Under the pieces are notes generated by a model that did no database searches, had not been told where the DNA came from, and worked only from the letters and a program-made list of their open reading frames with translations. A program made the translations under genes and the position numbers. Positions 17,344 to 25,978 of a DNA stretch of 64,000 nucleotides are shown in pieces; within the stretch, counting starts at the first letter, position 1; each line of letters opens with the position of its first letter. The stretch is from assembly GCA_964514375.1 (NCBI GenBank), contig CAZEQH010000001.1, forward strand, positions 17,303 through 81,302, in the 5' to 3' direction. This DNA is from an uncultured Candidatus Saccharibacteria bacterium. GTDB taxonomy: Bacteria; Patescibacteriota; Minisyncoccia; Minisyncoccales; JANBVM01.

Positions 17344-17742
17344 TTATTCCATTATAATTAATACGGTTCCTTCCTTCACGTTTTGTTCTTTTTCCACTTT
17401 AATCTTTTTTATCTTTCCTTTGGAATCTGAAACAATTTCATTTTCCATTTTCATGGCAGACAGGAGGATTACCTTCCTGTCCTTTTCTATAGATTCTCCT
17501 TCCGCCACGAAAATTTCAGAAACCGTACCGGAAATGGGAGCTCTTATTTCTTTTTCCCCAAAATTTTTTTTGGGCAGGGAAGTTCCGGCAAGGGAAAGAC
17601 CTTGGCCCTTCTCACCACCTTTCTGCTTAAAGTTAAATTCTTCTCCTCCCACTTTTATTTTAACAGAGTCTGTCCCCTCGGGCTTTATTTCCACTACATA
17701 TTCTTTATTCCTGATATTCAGTTTAAACTTTTTTTCCTTCAT
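17344..17742 (-). CDS. Biotin carboxyl carrier protein
   Basis: C-terminal biotinyl domain with the SAMKMENEI biotinylation motif. 132 aa. Confidence 0.85.
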   Translation of the reverse strand: MKEKKFKLNIRNKEYVVEIKPEGTDSVKIKVGGEEFNFKQKGGEKGQGLSLAGTSLPKKNFGEKEIRAPISGTVSEIFVAEGESIEKDRKVILLSAMKMENEIVSDSKGKIKKIKVEKEQNVKEGTVLIIME

Positions 17743-17747
17743 AATTA

Positions 17748-19292
17748 TTATTTGCGGAACATCCGCAGGCGTTCTGCCATAATCCAGCTGGAAACCTTAC
17801 CCTCGCCCTTGTTCAAAGGGCCGTTTCCGTTTTGTCCGATACTTTTGTAAATCTGGAATATTATATCGGCTAACTCCTTATTGCTTAATTCTTTTTTCTG
17901 GGGGGGCTTTTGAAAACAGGGCTGGCAGGAGAGTTTATCAAGAATTTTGCTTTTCTCAATAAAGTTAGTGGTGAAGTCACCTCGGAGAAAAGCGTCATTT
18001 TCTACCAGAAGGTTAAAAAAGGGAATGGTGGTGGGTACTCCTTCTATCACCATTTCTCCCAGAGCCCTCTTTAGTCGGGCTATGGCCTCTTCTCTGGTTT
18101 TCCCATGTGAGATTACTTTGGCCAGCAGAGAGTCAAAGTAAGGATAAATTTCCTGTTCCTCATGCAGGAAGGTATGCAGAAATATCCCCTGGCCTCCGGG
18201 AGGGATATACTTCTGGATTACGCCCGGGGTCGGCATGAAGTTTTTCTGGGTATCTTCAGCATTTATTCTAGCCTCCACGGCCCAGCCATTGAAGTTGATG
18301 TCACCCTGGGAAAAAGAGGTTTCCTGGCCCTGGGCTATTCGTATCTGCTGTTCCACAATATCCACTCCAGTGATGGCTTCGGTGACCGGGTGTTCCACCT
18401 GGAGTCTGGGATTGGCTTCCAGAAAATAGAAGTTCTTGTGTTCATCCATTAAGAATTCAATAGTTCCTGCTCCATTATATTTAAGTTTTGCGGAAAATTT
18501 GACCGCCAGGTTTCTTATATTGTTTCTTTCTTTTTCGTTGAGAAAAGGGGAAGGGGCTTCTTCAAATAGTTTCTGGAATCTTCTCTGAATGGTGCACTCC
18601 CTTTCTCCCAGATGAACAACTTTTTTCCGGTCTCCCAGCACCTGGACTTCGATGTGACGGGCATTAGGAAGGTGTTTTTCCAGGAAGAAGTCTGTTTCAG
18701 AAAAAGCAGTGGCAATCTGCCTCTGGATACCGTCCGAAATATTAAAGAGGTCTCCAAAATCAATTTTTCCGTCAATTACCCTTATCCCTATGCCTCCTCC
18801 TCCCTTTTGGGCCTTGAGTATAAAAGGAGGTTTTATCCGGTAAACCCATTTTACCAGGTCTCTTTTTGTCTTAATCGGTCCGTTACTTGCGGGAAGGGTG
18901 GGTATTCCGATTCTTCGGGCAATTCTTTTGGCTTCAACCTTATCTTCCAGCTTCCTTAAAGTATTGAAATGGGGACCTATAAAACGAACCCTGTGCTTTT
19001 CGCAGAGCCTGGCAAATCTCCAATTTTCCGACAAGAAACCGTAACCGGGATGGATGGCATCGGCCCTGGAAGCCTTGGCTATCCTTATGATTTTTTTTAT
19101 ATCAAGGTACCCGGCTGCTCCTTCCTTTTCCAGGAAATAGTATTCATCGGCCAACCTGGTTTCCAGAAAATTATGCTCCTGTCCCACTGTAGGGCAGAGA
19201 GCTACCGTCTTGATATTCATTTCCCGGCAGGTTCTTATGATCCGCAAGGCCACTTCTCCGCGGTTGGCTACAAGGATTTTTTTAATCTCCAT
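17748..19292 (-). CDS. accC: Biotin carboxylase (ATP-grasp) with a ~60-aa C-terminal extension
   Basis: KILVANRGEVALRIIRTCREM, ATP-grasp core, EANPRLQVEHPVTE. 514 aa. Confidence 0.9.
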   Translation of the reverse strand: MEIKKILVANRGEVALRIIRTCREMNIKTVALCPTVGQEHNFLETRLADEYYFLEKEGAAGYLDIKKIIRIAKASRADAIHPGYGFLSENWRFARLCEKHRVRFIGPHFNTLRKLEDKVEAKRIARRIGIPTLPASNGPIKTKRDLVKWVYRIKPPFILKAQKGGGGIGIRVIDGKIDFGDLFNISDGIQRQIATAFSETDFFLEKHLPNARHIEVQVLGDRKKVVHLGERECTIQRRFQKLFEEAPSPFLNEKERNNIRNLAVKFSAKLKYNGAGTIEFLMDEHKNFYFLEANPRLQVEHPVTEAITGVDIVEQQIRIAQGQETSFSQGDINFNGWAVEARINAEDTQKNFMPTPGVIQKYIPPGGQGIFLHTFLHEEQEIYPYFDSLLAKVISHGKTREEAIARLKRALGEMVIEGVPTTIPFFNLLVENDAFLRGDFTTNFIEKSKILDKLSCQPCFQKPPQKKELSNKELADIIFQIYKSIGQNGNGPLNKGEGKVSSWIMAERLRMFRK

Positions 19293-19911
19293 AAATGTAT
19301 GGTTTTTTTGAAAGGATTGATATTTCTCTCATTATAATGTCGGTAGTCTTTCTTAAAAGTTTGTAATATCGGCCGTTATCTTCACTTATTCCTTCCTCTT
19401 CTGAAAACCTTAAAGGTTTTCCTATGGATACTATCCTTTTGGCAGAATACGGCACCCTGCTGAGACCTATGGTCAAAACGGGGCAGCCGCTTCTCAGGGC
19501 TAATTCCGCCACGCCGGTTTTTCCTCTCAGCAATCCTCTCTTTCTGTTGGTATCTCCTTCCGGGAAGAGCACGACAATTTCCCCTTTTTCCAGACAGCTT
19601 ATCATTTTTTCCATAATGGTTTTTCTGTCACCCGCCTTTCTGTTAATGATTATAGGCTCTGAAAAATAATAAAGAAGGCCTGATTGGACAGCAGTCATAA
19701 TGGTATCCAGAGCGCCCACGAAACGCAAGCTTCTCAGCTTTTCTTTCAGTACGTTGCCGATAAACCAGTAATCTAAACTGTCTATGTGGTTGGAGGCCAC
19801 AATGAAGCTTCCCTGCTGGGGTATATTCTCCCTACCCTCTATCCTGTCCGTAAAAAGGTTGGCGGCAGGCAGCGTGAGAAGCCTGCAGAACCAAACAAAA
19901 AGTGTTTTCAT
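19282..19911 (-). CDS. plsC: 1-acyl-sn-glycerol-3-phosphate acyltransferase family protein
   Basis: Acyltransferase motifs NHIDSLD and FPEGDT. 11-nt overlap with accC, 4-nt overlap with the upstream plsC. Confidence 0.8.
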   Translation of the reverse strand: MKTLFVWFCRLLTLPAANLFTDRIEGRENIPQQGSFIVASNHIDSLDYWFIGNVLKEKLRSLRFVGALDTIMTAVQSGLLYYFSEPIIINRKAGDRKTIMEKMISCLEKGEIVVLFPEGDTNRKRGLLRGKTGVAELALRSGCPVLTIGLSRVPYSAKRIVSIGKPLRFSEEEGISEDNGRYYKLLRKTTDIIMREISILSKKPYIYGD

Positions 19912-20576
19912 TTTTCTTCCATCTGAGACTTTAATAAGGCTATTTCCCTCATTACCTTGTCCGTTATCTTGATAAGAAAATCCCTTTTTTCTATATCGTT
20001 CAATTCTTCTTTCTTTCTTCCCTCCAGCTCTTTTTCAAAGTAGATGGGCTTTCCAATGTTTATTTTAATGATTCTTTTAATTTTCAGTTTTCCGCCCGGG
20101 GGCAGCAGTTTGAAGGTGCCGCTGATGGCGGCCGGAAGAATAGGGGTTCCTGTCTCAAAAAAAATTTTCGCTACTCCCCATTTTCCTCTCCCCAATTTTC
20201 CGGTCCTGGTCCTGGTGCCTTCGGGATAAATAATCAAACTGTCGCCTTTCTTTGCAAATTCTATCGCCTCTTCTATCACTTTTCTTTTCGAGCCTTCATC
20301 TTTTCTGTTGAGGCGAATAACGCCTGCTATAAAGTAGACAATGTATAATATCAGCTTGGCCAGGCCTTCGTAGTTATCGGTCTGTCCTATAAAATGGAAT
20401 CTTCGGGGTACGCAGATATAGCCGTTGGCTATTTCGTCCAGATGGCTTTGGTGGTTGGTGGCCAGTATAAAATTCCTGTCAGGCAAATTACCCCATCCTT
20501 TTACCTGTCGGATAAATAATCTCTTGACTATGGGTGCTAAAAATATTTTACAGAACCAGGAAACAGCTCTGTTCAT
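19908..20576 (-). CDS. plsC: 1-acyl-sn-glycerol-3-phosphate acyltransferase
   Basis: NHQSHLDE and YPEGTRTRTG motifs. Start trimmed to MNRAVSWF (ATG 20576), which gives an ATGA overlap with the upstream stop. The track ORF extends to 20675 inside the FabK gene. Confidence 0.85.
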   Translation of the reverse strand: MNRAVSWFCKIFLAPIVKRLFIRQVKGWGNLPDRNFILATNHQSHLDEIANGYICVPRRFHFIGQTDNYEGLAKLILYIVYFIAGVIRLNRKDEGSKRKVIEEAIEFAKKGDSLIIYPEGTRTRTGKLGRGKWGVAKIFFETGTPILPAAISGTFKLLPPGGKLKIKRIIKINIGKPIYFEKELEGRKKEELNDIEKRDFLIKITDKVMREIALLKSQMEEK

Positions 20577-21511
20577 AGTTCTTCCGCCTTTTCCCGAATA
20601 ATTCTCCGGGAATCTTCCATTATATCTTTTATTATTTCGGCGCAGGTTTTGATGTCTGAGATTCCGCCGGCACATAATCCGCAGAGCAGGGGTGCATGCT
20701 CTATGTTGCCGCTCTCTATCTTGGAGCTAGAGAATCTGTCAGCCCTTATCTCTTCCGGAAAGGCATTCTGCTCTTCCATTTTCTTGATTTTCTCGGTCAG
20801 TTTATTTTCGATGGCTCTTACCGGATATCCGGTAAACCTGGCTGCCACAATAATGTTTTCTTCCGTCGCTTCCAGGATGGCCTTCTTATAGTTATCATGG
20901 GCCAAACATTCTTTGCTGGCGAGGAACCTGGTGCCCAGCTGGACTCCATCTGCCCCCAGCATGAAAGCTGCGGCAGCTGTCCTGCCGTTGTATATCCCGC
21001 CTGCCGCAATAAGGGGTATATTGAGGTATTCGGCTGCCTGGGGGACAAGGACCATAGTTGTGACTTTACCAATATGGCCTCCTGATTCCAGCCCCTCAAC
21101 TACCACTGCATCAGCCCCGTTATCCTCCATTTTTTTAGCTAACCGTGACAATCCTACTACCGGAATTGCTTTGATTCCGGCCTTTTTTAAATAGGGAAAA
21201 AGAGGCAGAGGGTTGCCTCCACCGGTAAATACGATGGGAACCTTCTCCTTTATGACCACCTCGGTAAGCTCCTGTATTTTAGGATTTCTCAACAGGAGAT
21301 TGGCACCGAAAGGTTTGTCGGTAAGTTTTTTTGTCTTCTGAATTTCCTCTTCCAGCCAGGAAGCGGGCAGAAACCCTGCTCCTATTACTCCCAATCCGCC
21401 GGCATTGGAAACCGCTGAAACCAAGGCAGAATCAGATATTCCCGCCATACCTCCCTGAATAATGGGATACTTTATTTCGAGAAGCTCGGTCAGTTTATTT
21501 TTTTTGGGCAT
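20573..21511 (-). CDS. NMO/FabK-type FMN-dependent enoyl reductase
   Basis: YPIIQGGMAGISDSALVSAVSNAGGLGVIG and GADGVQLGTRFLASKEC, the nitronate monooxygenase/FabK TIM-barrel pattern. 312 aa. Confidence 0.75.
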   Translation of the reverse strand: MPKKNKLTELLEIKYPIIQGGMAGISDSALVSAVSNAGGLGVIGAGFLPASWLEEEIQKTKKLTDKPFGANLLLRNPKIQELTEVVIKEKVPIVFTGGGNPLPLFPYLKKAGIKAIPVVGLSRLAKKMEDNGADAVVVEGLESGGHIGKVTTMVLVPQAAEYLNIPLIAAGGIYNGRTAAAAFMLGADGVQLGTRFLASKECLAHDNYKKAILEATEENIIVAARFTGYPVRAIENKLTEKIKKMEEQNAFPEEIRADRFSSSKIESGNIEHAPLLCGLCAGGISDIKTCAEIIKDIMEDSRRIIREKAEEL

Positions 21512-21522
21512 GTTGGTATGTA

Positions 21523-23019
21523 TTAGTCGTTAACTATTAAAGGGTCTTTTTTTAGGATGCTGTTGGCCTCTTCAACAAGTTCTGTCAGCAGTTCCTTTAC
21601 GGTAACTATCTTTTCTATTCTCCAGAAATTGGAACCTGCAAAGACCAGTCCGTTTTCTATGTCTCCCTTACGGGCGTTTTCCAGCGCTTCTAGAATACAG
21701 TAACTCTTATCGCATACTATGCCTATGCATCCCTGGCATTTTTTAGGGTCGGGCTTGGGGGCTTTGCCTGCCAGGATTTTATCGACGAGAGGACTGCGGA
21801 TGGCTCTGCCCGGCAGGCCTACGGGCGAATGAATGATTACTCCGTCTTCTTTACTCGCTTTCAGGTAAGCTTCTTTGAAGTTTATGTGTGCGTCGCATTC
21901 CTTAGTGGCTACAAAACGGGTAGCCATCTGCACTCCTTTGGCTCCCGCCCTGAGCATCTCTACTATGTCTTTTCCGTCAAAGATGCCGCCGGCCGCTATT
22001 ACCGGTATTCTGACCTCATTCACCACTTCCTTCACAATATCTATGGTCTTGCGGAAGGGATGTCCTTCTGGAAATCCGAGATGACCTCCGGCATCCTTTC
22101 CTTCTATCACTACAGCAGCAGCTCCCATATCCTCTCCCTTTTTGGCTACTTTAAGCGACGAGGCCATGGAGAATATGGGCACATTGAATTTTTCTCCGAG
22201 CTTGAAAATGTCGTTTCTAAATCCGGCGCCCTGGATTACCAGATTAATGCCTTCTTCCATGGCCGCCGTTACAAGTTCGGTGAAACGGCTGACGACGCCC
22301 ATAATATTGATACCTATCATTCCTTCTGGGCCGGCGATTTCCCTGGCTTTTCTGATTTCTGCCTTCACTTCTTCAGGATATCTTATGCCGGAAACAGCTA
22401 CTATCCCCACAGCTCCATTCTTGGCAACGTTTCCTGCCAGATTGTGCAGGGCCACCCTTACCGCCATGCCTCCCTGGATGATGGGGATTTTAGCAAAGAC
22501 GCTTCCTATCTTTAAGGGAGGTAATTCTTTCTTGGCAATGGGCTTTCCCTGTTTCGCTTCCTCTTTTTTTTCTGCTAATTTGTCTTTATCCACCACGGCC
22601 ACTACGAATCTTACTTCGCATTTCCTGTCTCCCTTGACCAGGACCTCCCCGACGAAGTTGGCTATCTTCTGACCATAAAACCCTAGGAGTTTTACCTTGT
22701 ACTTTATTTTATCTCCCGGGAATACAGGCTTGAAAAATAAAGCGCTCCTAACCTGATAGGCCAGGAGATGTTTGTCCTTATGGCTTTTCCCCATTTTCTG
22801 CCTTAGGAGGACGGTAGCGGTCTGAGCCATTCCTTCCACCATCAATACGCCGGGCATAATGGGAAAGTCCACGAAATGTCCTTTAAAATAGAGGTCCTGC
22901 GGCGAAGTGTTTTTATAACCTATAATGGTATTTCCTTTAATACTCTCTATCTCTTCCACCCAGAGGAAAGGGTCATCATAGGGAATGATTTTCTTAATCT
23001 GTTCTTTATTAAACATCAT
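21523..23019 (-). CDS. Fusion protein: FabZ-like hot-dog dehydratase (N) + NMO/FabK-type reductase (C)
   Basis: N-terminal FKGHFVDFPIMPGVLMVEGMAQ. Linker KDKLAEKKEEAKQGKP. C-terminal PIIQGGMAVRV...GAKGVQMATRFVATKEC. 498 aa in one uninterrupted frame. Confidence 0.8.
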   Translation of the reverse strand: MMFNKEQIKKIIPYDDPFLWVEEIESIKGNTIIGYKNTSPQDLYFKGHFVDFPIMPGVLMVEGMAQTATVLLRQKMGKSHKDKHLLAYQVRSALFFKPVFPGDKIKYKVKLLGFYGQKIANFVGEVLVKGDRKCEVRFVVAVVDKDKLAEKKEEAKQGKPIAKKELPPLKIGSVFAKIPIIQGGMAVRVALHNLAGNVAKNGAVGIVAVSGIRYPEEVKAEIRKAREIAGPEGMIGINIMGVVSRFTELVTAAMEEGINLVIQGAGFRNDIFKLGEKFNVPIFSMASSLKVAKKGEDMGAAAVVIEGKDAGGHLGFPEGHPFRKTIDIVKEVVNEVRIPVIAAGGIFDGKDIVEMLRAGAKGVQMATRFVATKECDAHINFKEAYLKASKEDGVIIHSPVGLPGRAIRSPLVDKILAGKAPKPDPKKCQGCIGIVCDKSYCILEALENARKGDIENGLVFAGSNFWRIEKIVTVKELLTELVEEANSILKKDPLIVND

Positions 23020-23756
23020 ATTGATAACCCTCCGTCGATTTTGATTATGGTTCCCGTGATAAATCCGGCTTTTTTCGAGGACAGGAAGGCCACCAGGTGG
23101 GCAACCTCCTCGGGTTTACCGAATCTGCCCAGAGCGGTTAGTTTTTTAACCTGTATTTTGAAATCTTCCGGAAGTCTTTCCGTTAATGAGGTTTCTATGA
23201 AACCGGGCGCCAGCGCATTAACGGTAACCTCAAACCTTCCTACTTCCTTTGCCAGAGCCTTAGTAAAACCTGCAATACCTGCTTTGGCGGCTGCGTAGTT
23301 AGTCTGGCCGAAGTTGCCCCGGAGCCCTACTAGGGAGGACATGTTAATTATCCTGCCTTTGCTCTCTATTATCATGGGCAGGGCGGCTTTGGTGCAATTG
23401 AAGACTCCTGTGAGATCAATATCTATTACGTTCTGCCATTCCTCCCGGCTCATCTTAGCTAGGGTTCTGTCTTTGCATATACCTGCGTTATTAACAAGAA
23501 TATCCAATTTCCCGAACTCTTTTTTTACCGTTTGCATCATGACTTCTACTTCATCCAGGCTGGATACGTCGGCCGTAAAATAAGCAGCCTTCGTTCCCTT
23601 CCCTTCTAAATCACCTTTTAGATTTTTAAGACTCTCTTCCTGTGCCTTAATGTCATTTAAAGCGATTAAGGCGCCTTGGGAAGCAAGTTCCAGGGCAATA
23701 ACCCTGCCTATTCCTTGAGAGGAGCCGGTAATAAGAACTACTTTTTCTTTAAGCAT
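23016..23756 (-). CDS. fabG: 3-oxoacyl reductase (SDR)
   Basis: TGSSQGIG, NNAGI, S...YAAAKAG catalytic pattern. 246 aa. 4-nt overlap with the downstream fusion gene. Confidence 0.9.
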   Translation of the reverse strand: MLKEKVVLITGSSQGIGRVIALELASQGALIALNDIKAQEESLKNLKGDLEGKGTKAAYFTADVSSLDEVEVMMQTVKKEFGKLDILVNNAGICKDRTLAKMSREEWQNVIDIDLTGVFNCTKAALPMIIESKGRIINMSSLVGLRGNFGQTNYAAAKAGIAGFTKALAKEVGRFEVTVNALAPGFIETSLTERLPEDFKIQVKKLTALGRFGKPEEVAHLVAFLSSKKAGFITGTIIKIDGGLSI

Positions 23757-23763
23757 AGAATAT

Positions 23764-24372
23764 TTAAATTAGTTTATTGGCGATTTCGGAAACCTTTATT
23801 TTTGATAAATAAATTAATCCTCCCAGAATGCTTTTCAGACAGTCTCCGAACAGAAAGGGATAAAGCCCCAAAGACAATACCTTGGGGGTCCCTACATACT
23901 CTGTTAACCATAAAAGACCCGGTATGTAAATGACCATGGAGCTCGCGGCCATGGCCGCAATTGCTGAGAGAAAATTCTTACTTTTTATTTTTTCTGTCAG
24001 ATATCCTGCAGTAAAAGCGGCTGCCGGAAAGCCGAGAATATATCCGAAGGTCGGACTCAGAATGTAAGCCAGACCTCCTCCGTTTGAAAACCAGGGAAGA
24101 CCCGACAGGCCTCCTGCCAGATAGATAAGCTGGGCTGCTGCGCCCTTCTTCTTTCCCAGTAAAGCTCCGCTTAATATAACGGCTAGGGTCTGGAGGGTAA
24201 AAGGGACGGGACCCAGCCCCGCTTTTATTCCCGCCGATATGCCCGTCAGAACGGAAAAAACGAAGACTAACGTAATATCCTTCAGTGCCTGCAAAAATTT
24301 CATCTTGGCAGGGGAAAAGGTAAAATCCTGCAGAGTTGACCTTGAGGGATTAGTAGAATTGTTCGATGTCAT
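23764..24372 (-). CDS. bioY: Biotin transporter BioY
   Basis: PFTLQTLAVILSGALLG...GLPWFSNGGG...SPTFGYILGF. An internal ATG (MKFLQ, 24303) is an alternative start. Confidence 0.85.
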   Translation of the reverse strand: MTSNNSTNPSRSTLQDFTFSPAKMKFLQALKDITLVFVFSVLTGISAGIKAGLGPVPFTLQTLAVILSGALLGKKKGAAAQLIYLAGGLSGLPWFSNGGGLAYILSPTFGYILGFPAAAFTAGYLTEKIKSKNFLSAIAAMAASSMVIYIPGLLWLTEYVGTPKVLSLGLYPFLFGDCLKSILGGLIYLSKIKVSEIANKLI

Positions 24373-25417
24373 ATTGGACTTCTTTTATCTCCCTTCCTGT
24401 TATGGGAATATCTTGAATTTTAATATTTTTGAGATACTCTGGCAAATCCTTCTGGAATGTGATTTCCGCAAAAACCCTTTCTAAATTGAAGGCGTTGAAG
24501 CTAGCCAATACAAGGCCTAAAGAGGCCGTGTAACCCGTTGATTTTCTAATGGATATTCCTTCGGCCACTGTAAGAAAAGAAGGCAGGATTTTCTGAAGAC
24601 AGGAAACTATTTTTTGATATTCGTTGAGATATTTGGCGGAGAGAAACGAATCTTTTTTAATCAGCTTGAGGGTATTATCGAGAGCCCCTCTTACCTTTAA
24701 TTTGCTGTCTAGTTTAAGAATAGGGAGATTAATCACGACATCGCTGCTGAATACTTCTTCTGATATTCCAAGAGAGATACCGTCAATCTCTTTCTCGAGA
24801 AAATTAGTTTGGGCGATATCTAGCGGGGATAGTCCGTTTTGCTGACATATTTCCAGTAGGCGGGATTTGGCGGCGGAGGCTTCTATTGGTATTTCTCCAA
24901 AGGCTTGGGCGGCCACCTTAATGTTATTTTTGGAAGCTCCCTGGTTCAGCAGATATTTAACGGCTGCGTTTAAAAATTGAGGGCTAGTATTTTCCCTGAA
25001 ATATGGATGCTGGGCGGAAATTAGAGTAGGAAGCACTAAAATCTTTGAATCCCTATCCAGGTTTAACCCCCCGGGCCTTAAGAGCGAGACGGTCCGTTCT
25101 ACCGCTTCCAGAATATCGTATTTTGCCCGCCATATAGATACCGTATCTTCACCCGGCAAGGATTTGATTTCAAAGTCGTCTCCTATGCCGTATTCCTTTA
25201 TTGATTTGAATGTCCAGTGATTTTTATTTTCATCCTCCAACACCAAGACAAAATAGGGTACCTGCGGATGGAGAATGGTGGGTATGCTGACCTTGGAAAC
25301 ACCAATGACTTTAATCCTTTCGCCTTCGTTTATCCTTTCCAATTTCCGGAAGCAGTCGGGACATTTTCCGACAGGATACTGCCATGTTTTTTTACACTGC
25401 GGACATTGGTAAAACAT
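24350..25417 (-). CDS. Fusion: DUF35-like zinc ribbon/OB fold (N) + DUF362-like domain (C)
   Basis: N-terminal CPQC...GKCPDC followed by an OB-like segment, as in thiolase-associated DUF35. The C-terminal ~235 aa (VINLPILKLDSKLKVRGALDNTLK) resemble DUF362. Confidence 0.55.
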   Translation of the reverse strand: MFYQCPQCKKTWQYPVGKCPDCFRKLERINEGERIKVIGVSKVSIPTILHPQVPYFVLVLEDENKNHWTFKSIKEYGIGDDFEIKSLPGEDTVSIWRAKYDILEAVERTVSLLRPGGLNLDRDSKILVLPTLISAQHPYFRENTSPQFLNAAVKYLLNQGASKNNIKVAAQAFGEIPIEASAAKSRLLEICQQNGLSPLDIAQTNFLEKEIDGISLGISEEVFSSDVVINLPILKLDSKLKVRGALDNTLKLIKKDSFLSAKYLNEYQKIVSCLQKILPSFLTVAEGISIRKSTGYTASLGLVLASFNAFNLERVFAEITFQKDLPEYLKNIKIQDIPITGREIKEVQYDIEQFY

Positions 25418-25465
25418 ATTTGTGTATTTTTAAAATGTTAGCAGAAATGATAGACTATATATTAC

Positions 25466-25978
25466 ATGAAAACACTTTATTTGCCAGCGGAGATTAGGGA
25501 GGAACTCAGGAAACCCTGGGGTATCTCCATCTTCGGCACTGAAAAAGAAATAAGGGAAAAATACAGCCAGATTATAAAGGAGAAAAAATACAGCCAGGTC
25601 ATCACGGTAGGAGACAAGTGCTCTCTCAGCCTTACCTCTGATATTAAAATATTTGATGGGAAGATAAACCGGAAAGGCATAGAGAGCATCATTCCTTTTG
25701 AGTTGAAGGTTTTTAATCCTGCAGGCACTATCCAGGAAGAGGCGTGGCAGACTGTCGAGGAGGCTATTCGGGGAAAAAAGAACGTTTTTGTGAAAGGAGA
25801 GGAAGACCTTCTTGTAATTCCCGCGGTCTTGCTGGCGCAGAAGAATACGGTCGTGGTGTACGGATTGCGCGGCAGGGGAATATGTCTGGTGGAGGTTTCC
25901 CCTAAAATCAAACAGGATTTCCAAAACATAATAAGCAGATTCCAGGCTAGACGGTCCTCTGAAGAATGTGAACCGTAA
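25466..25978 (+). CDS. DUF359 family protein (archaeal-type GTP-dependent dephospho-CoA kinase family)
   Basis: VITVGD, IFDGKINRK, VKGEEDLLVIPAVL, VVYGLRGRG match my recollection of DUF359 conserved blocks. The 3-prime end overlaps the convergent thiolase by 32 nt. Confidence 0.65.
   Translation: MKTLYLPAEIREELRKPWGISIFGTEKEIREKYSQIIKEKKYSQVITVGDKCSLSLTSDIKIFDGKINRKGIESIIPFELKVFNPAGTIQEEAWQTVEEAIRGKKNVFVKGEEDLLVIPAVLLAQKNTVVVYGLRGRGICLVEVSPKIKQDFQNIISRFQARRSSEECEP

Noticed and set aside
20577-20675. 5-prime extension of the second plsC ORF overlapping the FabK-type gene by about 100 nt
   Set aside because: The internal ATG at 20576 gives a classic ATGA stop/start overlap and a sensible acyltransferase N-terminus. 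The extension is Arg/Asn-rich junk.
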